DNA from: Magallana gigas | Taxonomy: Eukaryota | Direction of reading: 5' to 3' | NCBI RefSeq assembly: GCF_963853765.1 | Contig: NC_088857.1 | Location: 1,240,001 to 1,304,000 of the forward strand | DNA: 64,000 nt | Shown here: positions 12,667 through 25,600 of the stretch, one piece after another | Numbering within the stretch: position 1 is the stretch's first letter | Layout: every line of letters begins with the position of its first letter | The notes under the pieces: generated by a model | What the model was told of the DNA's origin: nothing | The model's input: the letters and a program-made list of their open reading frames with translations, nothing else | Databases searched by the model: none | Program-made: the position numbers and the translations under genes

Positions 12667-14315
12667 TATATTAGTTATACATAGATATTTTCAAGAAGTG
12701 GACAGAAATCAGGGCAGATTTTGTTATAAATAATCTGGGTAAGTTTTCGCAGCAATATTCTCATTATCAGTTGACATATAAAAGAAAGCAATTGACATAT
12801 ACTATTTTATTTACAAAAAAAAAAGACTAGAATTGTTTGATAGTATCAGCTAGTTTGGCTGATTTTTTTTTTTAATTTACGAAGACTGAAAAAGGTTTGA
12901 ACAATATCAAATGGAAAATATCATGGCTAAAATGTTTTTTCATCTCTTACGAAAGATAGAGTAATTCAGTCGAAACTCTGAATACAGATATTTAAATATA
13001 TATCAATGTGGAGAAAGACATTAAATATAATACAAGATCAGGTTTTACTGAAATTTGTCAAAACAGTGTTGTATTTCATATCTAATGTATAAAGTAGGAA
13101 TTGTGAAACGCAGATAATAGATGTAATGTCAAAATATTATTAAAGTATCAAAAAGAACGATATATGAAATTAGTCAAATTTGGCCCCCATAATTTGATAT
13201 TTTTAAAGTGATTCAGGTACAATAATTTGTTGTGTTATTTTATAAAAGAGTTGACATAAAATATGTTTTTCACCGATTTATTTGATTTATCACTATTTAG
13301 CACTCACTGGCAGTATATGACGTCAGAAGTGACGCTATTTTTATGATTCAATCAAAATCAGTCAAAAATTAACATTTTTCTTATCTTTTTTCGAATTGGA
13401 AATATAAAGCGACTCTTTGAACAAGAACGAACTGATATATCTTTGGTGAAAATATTTTGTTTGTTCAATCAGTTGCTCAATGTTTCCTTAAAGGAGAACT
13501 GCTTCAAAACAAGCCGTTTTATATCAAAAATGTAAAAATGGCGGGAAAAGGTAAACTTTTTGATGTAATATTTTTAAGTTGTGGGCAGTAAAATGAAAAT
13601 AAAAATTGTGAAAAACTTCAAATGTATATTTGTCCAAATAAAACAAAGAATTACGGTAAAATGACAATGTTCATTTAAGGGGGCCGTTTTAGGCTCAAAC
13701 CATATATAGCCCTTTATGTCATGTGGTCTTATTTCTGTGGTCTTATTTATCTCACTCATATTATCTTTTTACTCTCTCCTTTAAAACTGGTATATTCTAT
13801 GAGGTTAAAATTGACAAACAGAAAACCAGATACAGAGTAAAAACGTATTCGAGAATTAATCAAAGCCGTTTAAAAACCTTTACAAAACAACGAAAATGAT
13901 GTTTTTGAATAGATATCTCAGCCACCAGGAAGTCTTTCGTATTATTTATGATTGGATGAGATTGAAATTAGGATTTAATTTGATCTGACCAAAGACATAA
14001 TATAAAAAAAATTTAAATGACCATTCATTTCATTTTTAGTACTAACTAGATAAAAAGGCAAATTCTAACAACTTAAAGTCAAAAGAACCAAAACTATGTA
14101 ATACTTGGTAGTCAGTTTAAAGCAGTGTTTTAACTTTCCGACATTTCCCTCTTCATTTTGTCCTCTAATAGGTCATATTTTCCCAAATATATTTACCGTT
14201 GTAAACAGGTTATGTAGGGAGGAATGAAGATATTCCGACTGGTGAGTCGATTTTCTTTCTTAAGTAAATTATTGAAATTATGTTGTTTATGTGATATACA
14301 TTGAAAGAAGGACGT

Positions 14316-15030
14316 GATGATGACGAACAAAGTTCACAATCAAAATCCCAAAGAAAAATACAAAACAGGAGCACAGCATGCACGGACCTCTAAAAATATT
14401 AGAAGTAGGAGCAGGTGCGCTGGAGGAGTGAGCATCCTCTGCTGACCGGTCACACCCCCGTGTGCCCTTTGTCGTAATCGGGGAAACAAAAAAAATCCGA
14501 AGAAAATTAAGTTATTAATTATAGTACAACAATAAGTATGAAAGACAGCATGCGACCCAGTAGAAGATTGTATTTGCTGACAAGGTTGTTGTGTCGACCA
14601 TAGAACTTAGGCAGAAAATGATGATTTTAATCGAGACTGTTGATAATCGTGTTTATCAACTTGTTTGTCAGTAGCTTGCCTCGTCTTGGAAATTTTTCAT
14701 ATATAGAACATGCCCTTTGTATCGAATTAATTGAGAGACAAAAACTTCATATGCAGGTGATGAAAGTATATTGCTACATAAGTAAGGATATAACTATAGA
14801 AAATTGAAGTCGTCACGTTTATCATTAAGTTGTGTTGTTAAGTTACCATTAATGTCCCTTTTCAGTAAAATATCCAAATCTGAGACTATGTGTAATATTT
14901 TATTTCAAGTTCACTGGAATACATCGAGTCGACGTAAGTATGGAAATAACAGTTGTGAATAGATAATGCGTCGTCAATATCCTGAATGAAGAGTTGTATA
15001 TAAGACATAATGCTGAAAATAAAATCATTT
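14316..15030 (-). mobile_element. 3' half of a degraded Penelope-like (Naiad-type) retroelement
   Basis: The reverse strand encodes a decayed (Y)IDDALSI active-site region, TTQLNDKRDDFNF and SQLIRY.RACS.YE.F.RRGKLLTNKL. The RT ends the ORF with no C-terminal GIY-YIG and is followed by the shared 3' UTR. Confidence 0.8.
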
Positions 15031-17402
15031 TCCAAATATTCTAGTTCTGTAGAAACCGTAGTATCGATTTTATTTCAAAATTAAAATTTTATATTCTGTA
15101 GGGGTCTTGCCACACATATTCATTTATTTTCTTACTCTTTAAATATTCAAACATAAATATAACTATGAGCAACAAGAGCCCAAATGGTTGCCTGGAATAA
15201 CTGGTGTCATGCTAACATGGCCTAAAAATGGGAAAAATCAATTCCCGTTGCCGTGGTAACAAATTCTCACTAAGTAATGTTATTTTGATGTTTCATGACT
15301 TTAAGGGGGGACACATTTCACGTGATTACCATTGCAATGCTTTGATATTCTAACCCTATTATGACGTCATATTTGATTTGATTATATAATGCTATGATGT
15401 CATTTATTCATTATGACGTCATACAGGATTTGATAGATCTTTTTTCCGTACTAAGTAGGCCTAGTCATTTTCACAACAGCTGATTGAAATTTAACATTCT
15501 TAATTTCAGAAATGTAAATTTACAAAATCATAATCGGTTGATATAATCAGATATATATTCTGATAATGATCAGTTCATGTTTATTGATAAATCTGTATAA
15601 TGCAATAGGTTTTTTTTTATTTATTTGTCAATAAAGATCATAATTCCAGAATAAGGGGTAGGGGTGACTCCTATTGTGGTCTCTTAAACGCCAAGAAGGT
15701 TGCCATGAAAATTTTATGTGTTTTAAAGCACATGCTAAGGTTGATTTACGAATTTTTTATTTTTTAAAAATTCATTGACAATTTGTTATGTACCATCACA
15801 TTTTAAAATTAATGAATGTGATTTGAAAATAAATACCAGAAAAAAAAATTATCACCGAAAATTGAAATTCATAATGCCAGCAAGAAGGGGTAAATTCCTA
15901 TTACAATATTTCTGTAAAATAACTGTATTTTTTCACCACATACCACAAGAAGCAATTTTACGCCACGCAGAGGTACTATCGAATTAACGCAGCATAGAAA
16001 ATCACACAAAGCTTCTAACCTTGAGAAAACTCAAAAGCTATGCCATTATTAGTTGAATACTTATCAAACCGTGTTAAACCCTAGGACATACATGTGCACT
16101 TCATTTTCCTCAACGAATATCAAAGATTTATTTTCTATAAAGTATTCATTCATAAAACCATTTTAAAATAGCATTGTCGTTGTTTTGTCAGCCTGTTACC
16201 ATAGAAACGAATTTCTATGTTAATTTTTATTTTATTTTCTGTTCAGTAAACGATCGTACCAAGTTGCAAATCATGGCGACACAATGACTATAAAATATAA
16301 CAGCAAAATTACTAGTAAGGTACGAGCTTTGTTTACAAAAAAACTTCTAACTAGGTAACTTGCTTGCAACTTGACTTTTTAGGTCAAAATATCAGTATAT
16401 GTGTAGATTAAAATTTTATGAATATCAAGTTAACCGTTCAAGATATTAGAATGGCAAAAAATAGCTTTAATGTCCATTAAAAATGAAAGTTTGTCCATTC
16501 AGTTTTAAAGTTTTACCCGCATGAAATCAATTTTGTCAACTACTAAACAGGAATCGCTTATTCGTGTTATTTTGAAAGAAAAATATGTATGCCGCACAAA
16601 CCACCTCTAGCACCTTTGAACCATTTAACCAGGAACGGTCTATTCATTAAATACTTTTATTCACTTAAGGTTAACAACCATCTATAAAATTTTCAAACTT
16701 AATAAGTCGGATACCTTAATATCATTTTTTCCAGAAATTATCCCTGTCTTTTAAAAGGCTCAAGTAAACTTTTATTAATATCTTTTAATCCATAATTCTA
16801 TCAAAACACCACTTTATCATTTTTTACTTTAAAAAATCTTTTATTGGTGAAACTAGAAAAAATATATTGGTGTCATTAATTGTGGGATTTTTTATACAAC
16901 GTTGTTCCTATCTGCTCTAAAGCTTACAAACTATACTACGGGTATTCTTCTTAACACTGACTTTTTTTGTAGGGGTGGGGTTGTTGGATGTTTGGGTTTT
17001 ATTTATTCATGATTAGCTTGAACAAATTTCACACATTTATAAATGAGTATGCATAAAATGATTTTTAAAATGAGGAATGTTTTAAAAAACCCCTTTTTAC
17101 TGAAACTCATAAAACTATTGTATGATATAAATGGGAATTTTCATAAATATGTTTAAAAACTCACATGTAATTGCAAAAATAGAATAGCGTTTTGTAGACA
17201 CAAAGACATATGTTAACCTCTCCCTCAAAAAATACCACAAAGACAACAAATGCTTTCTTTATTCAAAGTAAAAAAAATTGAAATGTTTTATAATTCAAAG
17301 AAAGTTCACCTATTAAAGAACAGACATTTTTGATTTCTTTGGTTGGACATAACTTATTAACATAGTTCTCTTCCATGAACAATTCCTTTTGATCTCTCCC
17401 AG

Positions 17403-17837
17403 CTACCTTATTTGACAGAGGACTTCGTATTCTTTGTTGGTTTGGTGCTCTTTCAGCCCATATCCCACGTAAGCTAATTTGTAGCGAGTGCTTACTTTAC
17501 CCGGAATCAGATCGTTAGCGTAATTGAACCGTGCAACATACAAATCTGTGTCCGTTTTAAATGCGTTGTCGGGGACTTTTCCGCCGGATGCTTTTCTCCA
17601 ATCCAAGAATCCCACGGCGTTGATCGGACATACAAGAACGTCATAATCTTTGAAGATAAATTCCTTACCATCGTAAGGGATGTAGGCGCCATCGTAATAT
17701 GGACTGCATTTTCCGGGGGTCCATGTGCCTTCCTTATTTGCCTGGGCAATGAACAGAGGATTTCCGTTTTCCTCGTACCCGGCACGGATCGCATTATCTG
17801 GAATTTTGCATCCAGAAGTTTTTACCCACTCAGCNNN
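17403..17837 (-). CDS. DM9-repeat (two DM9 domains) mannose-binding lectin-like protein, CGL1/DM9CP family, ~144 aa
   Basis: AEWVKTSG..IPDNAIRAGYE...LFIA...WTPGK...GAYIPY.GKE....YDVL and a second repeat VPDNAF...LYVAR...LIPGK...AYVGY..KE...EYEVL. Visible sequence ends at 17834; the ATG is inferred at 17835-17837 inside the gap. AATAAA on the minus strand at 17258-17263. Confidence 0.9.
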   Translation of the reverse strand, partial: XAEWVKTSGCKIPDNAIRAGYEENGNPLFIAQANKEGTWTPGKCSPYYDGAYIPYDGKEFIFKDYDVLVCPINAVGFLDWRKASGGKVPDNAFKTDTDLYVARFNYANDLIPGKVSTRYKLAYVGYGLKEHQTNKEYEVLCQIR

Positions 17838-17964
17838 NNNNNNNNNNNNNNNNNNNNNNNNNNNNNNNNNNNNNNNNNNNNNNNNNNNNNNNNNNNNNNN
17901 NNNNNNNNNNNNNNNNNNNNNNNNNNNNNNNNNNNNNNNNNNNNNNNNNNNNNNNNNNNNNNNN
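17835..17964. other. Assembly gap covering the DM9 start codon and splice acceptor
   Basis: Run of N immediately 5' of codon 2. Confidence 1.
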
Positions 17965-20900
17965 TGAATGGTTGAATAAATATTATAAATGAGTTCAAGT
18001 ATTATTGCTTCACCCATGCGATCCTAAATAAGGAACCTATTTATAATATGTTTACCAAATCAAATGATAAAAATATTGTAGTATTTTTATGTTTAAAACT
18101 TATCTTTCACTCTTGGAATCTGAGACTGATGGTCTTGCACGAATAAATTTAATATTTTCGAAGTCAAAAGAGATTACAAGGTTTAAATATATTATGGCTC
18201 CAATTCCGAGTTTTTATGAGTTAAATTCGTCATCAGAAATAATCTAACACCTATAAATAAAAACAAAGAGCCGACTGGAAAAATTCAGGTACAATGTTTA
18301 TGCTATTCAGAACAGAAGTCACGTCGCTCTCTACTTCCCGGTATAACGAAACAAAAAATTAAGATCATAAATTTTGTAAAGTAGTATAGATGAAAACAAG
18401 TGCATATATCGATAGATACTTGACCGTAGAAAATTTTGAAGAAAAAAAAAACGGAGGTTGCGTTAAATACAAAATTAAACATTTTATTAGATATTTTGCA
18501 TTCAAAAATTGTAATGATGAGATCATAAAATGTGTTTGGTATATCAATACTTTTTATTGAAGTACCAAGGACAATTCCTTTATAAATTTTCATTATGCAA
18601 TCAAAACTACTTTCGGAAATTTCAAAATATACTGTTTATTATTAATCTTGTAAATTGTCAATTTTATCTTTTCGTTAAGTATCAAGTGATTTTTTTTTTA
18701 GAATATTCCTCCTCTCTTTTAAAAGTTAATGAGTTAATGAATATAACGCATGTTTTACTATTATTGCATGCTCTTTAACACAGACTCTAAATTATTCCGC
18801 ACATTTTGAAGTTTTGGTAAAAGGAAAAACAATTATATGATTAATATTGCCTACCTCTCAAAGTAAAATCTCTTCAACTTAAATTGGTAGTTGCCCTTTC
18901 ATGAATTCTTAGAAGGAGTTTGAATCACAAAGGGTGCACTAGCATATATAGTGATTTTGGCACATGCCTCCTCCCTTTAAATTGTTCTAACCAATCAAAA
19001 TAGCGAAATAATGATAGCCTGTTATTTTTAAGTCGGGAATGACTTAACATATTATCATTTTTTTATCTGCAACTTGTTATGACTACAAATACGTTTTAAA
19101 GTAAATGTGATCCCTGTAATTTAAAAAACTCCTCAAAATATATATTTTTAACTGCTGTTTCAGAATCGACTTCTGACTAATGAAAAATATCTCGAAATAT
19201 ACATGTATATTTAAAAAAAACAAGTCAGTTTCATTGTTGACAAAACGAATTAACGAATTAAATGAATATGATTTTAAAACATGAAAAAGAAAACATTTAG
19301 AATATAACCCATATTATTGCAGGTATTAATATTACAAAAGTACAACTGCATTATGATATTCAATTTAAGCTCAAAGGTTAATGGAACGTGATGAATGATG
19401 ACTAATATAAATAATAGAAAGAAAAACCAACAAAGTGTTGTTCAAATATAAAACAAGAGCAGCAAATACAAGATACAAGAAACGGTATTTAGATCTCTTG
19501 AATACTAACAAATAAGGAATTCGAATCTATATGAACTAAACATGTTTCTTCTTCCAAACTGAAGAATGTTAAGTTGTTAAGGATTGAATTTGATGTTTCT
19601 CACAATCTGTAATCAGAAAGGTATGTATATCTATAGGGGTCTTGATTTATTGCATGATAACGTGTGTTTTTGTGATCGGCTTATTATTATTGAGCACGAT
19701 GATTGTTAATTACACGTATTATAGATAGCATAAAAATTATCACTTTAAAGAAAAGACTTAGTGTAAACTTCCAAATTAATTAGTGGTGCAAGATCTTTAC
19801 TTTGACAACATTGAATATACATAAGGATGATATTTTTGAGATAACATCGTGAAGAAAGAAAATATTTTGGAGTCATCATCCGTGGGCTCCTCTCTCTCTT
19901 TTTTTTAACAAACATGTTAATATTTTTATGCAATTAAAAAACTGAATATAGGAATGATATGAATAAAAAAAAAAAGTCAAAAAAAGAAGGAACAAATCAA
20001 GAGAACAATTGAAAATAGAAGACAATTTTAATTTATTTTGATAAATTAAGGACAACAAGAAATTAGGAGAAGCGTTTTGATATACCTGTATCAATTTTTT
20101 GAATATTTAGTCTTTTTTTCGTTGTATAAGAAACAAATTAAGCTCATATCTTTATTTTTACAAAATTTATTTTTATTCTTACTGAATGCTTATGAGTGAA
20201 CAAAACATCCTTGAAGTAAATCTAAGGTGTAATATCCCTCTGCTATTGATTTTACCATAGATCAAAAAAAAAATTCGTATTGATTTTCATCAACGCCAAT
20301 ATCAATAGATTCAAATAAAACAAAGATGAAGTGATGAAGCGCTGCTAGATTTCTCAAAAATTGATAATGTGTCTAATCATGATATGAAGAATATTAGGCT
20401 TAGTGATTAGAAAATGTAAAATTTTACCATCGCAGCATAAAATTAAAAATATTACCTCTTTATGAAAATAATATATATTTATACACATGGCCAATTCATA
20501 TTACAAAACATAATGAGGCGCTACTTTTAAGTTGAGAATAGCACTTTGTTGTATAGGTTTGTAACAAATATTGCTTCAATCAGCAAGAGTTATTGTGTTC
20601 TCATTTACCTCTGTGAACGAGCTATAAAGAGAGAAATAGAGATTTTCCACCCAAAGACAATATGGCCTAAAACATCAAACATGTACTGATCATGTACTGT
20701 ACTAGTACATACAATTCAGTTAAATTTTAACAAAAAATTTTGGGGGATATAGATATTGTCCCAAAAAGATTGATCAATATAATAACTTTCTTGTAATTTT
20801 TTGTAAAATTTAATTTTTATACTTTTTTGCATACCAAATGATAACCCATCTAGTCAAAAAGGATAAGGGTATTAAGAGAATAAAAATAAGAAAAAAACTA

Positions 20901-20973
20901 GAGCAAAGCTCGTTGCAAAGCAACGAGTGGGTCTTCCGTTAATGTCGGAAGTAAAGCTGGAAGTTCCTGTAAG

Positions 20974-21320
20974 AAGCAGAGCTCTAAAACCAATAACAAG
21001 AGTAACTAAAATAAAAAGATGAAAAAATCGAATTATTCCTGGTACGACTTAACAAAATCCGAATGATTTTGAGTACGAATTAACAAAACCTTTCCGATTT
21101 CAAGAACGACTTAATTAAAAAAAATCCGAATGTGTTCAAGTACGACTTAACAATTATTTTATTCAAGCAGAGCTCTTGAACCAATAACAAGAGTAACTAA
21201 AATAAAAAGATGAAAAAATCGAATTATTCCTGGTACGACCTAGATTTCAAGAACGACTTAACCAAAAAAAATTCGAATGTGTTCAAGTACGACTTAACAA
21301 TTATTTTTGGTACGAGTTAA
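20974..21320. repeat. Helentron 3'-subterminal repeats: 191-bp duplication containing ~8 GTACGACTTAAC-like motifs
   Basis: AAGCAGAGCTCT starts at 20974 and 21165, and the second copy has an internal deletion. The G(T/A)ACGA(C/A/G)TTAA motif recurs about every 20-40 bp. Confidence 0.85.
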
Positions 21321-21359
21321 CTTTACTTTAAACATTACGCTATTTTTTAAACCAAGGAC

Positions 21360-21720
21360 GCAGAAACAAAATTTCCGGAAAAATCAATTTTTAAACCCCG
21401 ATATCTCTTTAATGCATTGTCCGATATTAAAACGGATTTCAGTGTTAGATTCAGCTTGATAAGCTTAATAAAACACATATTCATTTTTGATTTGATCAGA
21501 AAATTCATTTTTTCGAAAAATTTGTTTCACTTCCGGTTTCGACCGGAAGTGAAAGATTTTTATTTTCAGCCTTATTGCACATGTAAATTGCCAAATACAT
21601 AACCACAGAAAATTTCAAGACTCTATCTTAAAGCATTTTAGAGAAATGTCGCGGACAAAATTACTTTTTTTAAAGTTTAGAAATGACGTAACGTCAAAAC
21701 GGAAGTGACACTGAAAAGTA
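21360..21720. repeat. Subterminal direct repeat A, homologous to 39080-39440
   Basis: CCGGAAAAATC.ATTTTTAAACCCCGATATCTC, the palindrome CACTTCCGGTTTC.ACCGGAAGT and AAATGACGTAAC...AAACGGAAGTGA all recur at a constant offset of 17719-17720 bp. Confidence 0.85.
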
Positions 21721-22053
21721 AAGCGATATGTTTTAGTTATTATATAGTAAAATCTTCTTCTCTATTCGTTAAAAATCATATGTTCATATTTTTTAAACAG
21801 AACCCGCTTGGTACTTGCACCTTTATCAAATAAAAGATTATTAGCGCCTTATTTGACTTTTTAAAGAAAAGAACTTTCCATTTTTGCCAAATTGTTCAAA
21901 ATTGCGAGGAATCATAAGAATATAACACAATTTACCGCTTAATGCAGCAATTATAAATTGGTAAAGTTGGAAGTTTGGATAAAAATTTTCACGATGAAAC
22001 TTTCCCGATTAATTATACTTCTTTGTTCTTGGTCTTATAAGACGTACTTTATT

Positions 22054-22690
22054 TCAGAGAAATAGAGCTACAGCCTCATGATAACTGTAAAAAGTGGAGA
22101 TTCTTGCTGTGTGTGCGTGGATCGGGTTTGAGATATAAACATGATCTAAGGTGGTTCCACCTTCTGTTGTGAAAAAATTTACTATCTGAGTGAACCCGTT
22201 GTTTTCCATAAAAGTTTGTATCGGTCCTTTCGTTTGTGTATCTTCGTTGAAATCTCCTAGGAAAATGCAAGTCTCGCCTTGTAATTTTACTGTGTCTACA
22301 AGAGATTTTAAAGATTGCAAAAACGTGGTTACGTTTAATGTAGGCGGTCGATACAAATTGACCAATACTATGTTTTTCCTCAAAAGCTTGACAACAATGC
22401 TTTCAATGTTTTTGATCGAATGATGAATAATGTGTTTTTTATCATCATTTTCTTTGAGATAGAAAGCAACTCCGCCTCCTTTTGAATTGTGCAACAGCCT
22501 TGTGTTCTCATCGTCATTGTTATATGCCTGTGTCCTTGTAAGATGGTGAAACTTAAAGCCATTTAGATTAAGCTGTGTGATTTCCTGGTCAGGTTTTAAC
22601 CATGTTTCTGTTAAACAAATCACGTCTGCCTTTGTAAATCGCATGTCGACCTTAAAGTGTTTAGGCTTTGAATGTTATGAAATACAACTA
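22054..22690 (-). CDS. Helentron C-terminal AP-type (EEP) endonuclease, separated from RepHel by a one-base frameshift
   Basis: HNIQSL ends the long ORF. The shifted frame then gives DVICLTETWL, GGGVAFY, NLYRPP, LGDFNED, TTLDHVY and YSYHEAV. Confidence 0.85.
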
Positions 22691-25600
22691 TTGTGCTATT
22701 GCTGTAGATATCAAAAGGTCCGTCAAGTGGTAGTTTTTGCATGTCTTCCATGGCTGGTTTGACATCTGGGTCAGCATACAACTTGTTTGTTAACTTTGTT
22801 CTGTCGGTTGTTTCGATGAATAATCCTTTTTTTGATGTTACTCTTGTTAATGCCACATAAGCTTGACCAGGAGCAAATGTTCTGTCAAGGTTGACAACAA
22901 CTTTTTCTACAGTCATACCTTGTACCTTGTGAGCTGTACAGGCCCATGAGAGTTTTAATGGAAACTGTTGTCTAACTATTGAGATCGAACTTCTGATAAC
23001 TATTTCTTCCTGGATTCTTTCAATCAAAACCAGATTTCCATTTTTTGTTCGTTTTCCAGTTTGTTTCCCTACATTTTCAGAGTCAAATACAACAGCTATA
23101 GCTTTGACATTTGTTTTGTCTGCATCTCCATGTTCAAAGTGCGAAATGTATCCCATAACTCCATTTACTAAGCCATCTTTGACATCGCAATTCCTGGTCA
23201 ACATGACACGAGCATTAACTGCAAACAGTAATGAACTTGATAAACTCTCATTCTTCGTTTGGCATGGTTTGTCTCTGAGGCAGAGTTTTCCTGTGGTTTT
23301 ATCTTTTCGATAATCTTTTGCATCAATCTGTTTTAAATCTTTGCATTTCTGTTTCAACATGTCCAAATTGTATGTGTTCACCTCATCATTTGTAGAGTAT
23401 ACATGAAGAACATCTGCGGGGCCTTCTCTGATGCATTCATTAACTGTGTTCATTGTTTCAGCTGCTAGAGGTTCTTCTAAAGTTCTTGTGCGCAGCAAAT
23501 TCAAAGCTGTTGCAAATGGGACATCATCGCGTTGACGCATAATTTCAGTCATTTCTACTTCGTGGAACAATTCTCGCCAGAAATCGATGGGATATGCTGC
23601 GTTATCTTTGTACAATCTCTCGTCTTTTCTTTGTTTTACAGGTGGAAGTTGAAAGAAATCACCAACAGCTATTACACTAACGCCTCCAAACGGGTCTTTG
23701 CATTTTTTAATTTGCACCAATCGTTCATGAATGTAGAATAAAAGCCTTTTGTACACCATCGATACCTCATCAATGACAAGAATCTGCAAGTCTGCAAGTT
23801 TCATTCTTATTTCACTCAAAGTTTGCTCCTTTAATGGTTCGTATGGCAGAGGCAAGAATTTTGTCAAAGAGAAAACGCTATGAATTGTATTGCCACCAAT
23901 GTTGAAAGCAGCTGTGCCAGTAAACGCTGTCAGCAAAACTGACAAAGCTTCAGGTGAAGACAAACTTCTAGAGAAAAGACGTGATGCCTCGAAATTGATA
24001 GCTTTTACAATTTGGCTTTTTCCAGTACCTGCACCTCCAGTAAGAAATATATGAAATGGAGCTGGGTTTTCATTTACAATTTTCCTTATACACCAGTCTC
24101 GCACATAGTAGAACACTTTTTGTTGGATTTCATTTAGATTCTGTACTATGTTCAACATTTCTACATTTGAGACGCTGATTTGTTGTACGTGATATAAGAC
24201 ATCAGCTTTTTTCATGTCATTTTCTATGTCTGGAATATTTTCGACAAATTCATCTGAGTTTTGCCGCTGAGACTTTATCATAACACATTCATCTCTATCA
24301 CGTTCTGTTTCGGGGCACAAATTTGCCCATGCATCTTCTGCTTCTCCTATGTTTTCATACATTTCCTGAGCTTCATCTATAACTTTTTCATTTTCAGCAT
24401 ATCGAGCATGATTTGATTCCACTATAACTTTGACCGGTTTTACACATCTTGTGTCTTGCAATTTTACAAAACCCTTATTATAAAATGCCTCGTACAAATC
24501 GAACGATTCTGGTTTCAATTGTGTTTCATTCTGGTACGGAAGGAAAAGCTGTAGTCGAGATTGATAAAATCTCTCTGGTGTTTTCTCTGCACTAAATCGA
24601 GGATACCTCACAACTGCTTGTTTTGTTCTTGTTCTCTTTTGAACAAATCCCTTGGAATTTTGAAGTTCGAAAACGTTTTCGTTGGTTCCCTTTGGAACTT
24701 GGGATTTAGCAAGTACGCGATATTCAGAACAGAACTCAGCTAGACACATGTTATTGAACGTAATGCTGTTTGGTCGGTTCTCATACCTTTCCACAATGTT
24801 TGTCATGAAAATTTCGTCATCGTCGTCTTCCCCTTCTAAATCATCTTCTGGTAACTGACGTTTCGGTTTCATTTGAGAAAGGGGCTTTGTCATGCGAGTA
24901 GGGTTTTCTCCAACTGGTATAAATATTACTTTTCTTGAAGCTTCTTTCATTCTCAAATTACAAACTCTGTACACAGCTTCTTGTGCGGTAACTTCCCTGT
25001 GTGTCATATATGCAGATCCTATTTTTTTCATTGTTTGTTTGGCATCAAGATTTCCTTCTTGGGCTTCAAATTTTGTTTGTTTCAATAACATCCCCATTTC
25101 TCTTTCAGATTTCGATATGTACGATACTATGTATACAATGCAACTAAAGGGATCTAAAACATATTGTATGTCCATATTTGCATTCCAACATTTAAGGAGA
25201 CATGGATTGTATTGGTTTGTCCACATTTCATTTGGGTGCCTTTTGAGAACAACTGTCAACTTTTTAGACAAAACATTCAGTGCATTTTCGTACATTTCTT
25301 GCGTCAGAGAAAGATCATCGAAAACTTCATCTGTTGTTTTAAATTCATAGGATTCACTTTGAATCTTATTCCACACACTCAATAACATTTCTTTTGCTTG
25401 AGACTTGGTGAGATACTGATTAGAATTCTGTTGGTGCAAATCTGGAGTTTCTGCAATCTCATCATTATCATCGTCGTCATCATGCACTTCTGTTATAAAA
25501 GTACGCTGTGATGGTGGCCTAGGGAAGTTAAATCTACATTCTGATCCATTTTTTCTGCACGACTTTGAGTGATTCTTACTGTGTTGTTGAACATCTAGTA

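Noticed and set aside
15355-15425. Cluster of TGACGTCA (CRE) sites near DM9 copy 1
   Set aside because: The same octamer recurs in repeat-derived DNA across the window, and this cluster lies in a degraded repeat.
17835-18017. ORF-track extension of the DM9 protein to 204 aa
   Set aside because: It reads through an N gap. The paralog shows the protein starts one codon before 17834.
22655-22670. Programmed -1 frameshift into the endonuclease
   Set aside because: C CUA AAC is not a canonical X XXY YYZ site. A 1-bp deletion or sequencing error is simpler.
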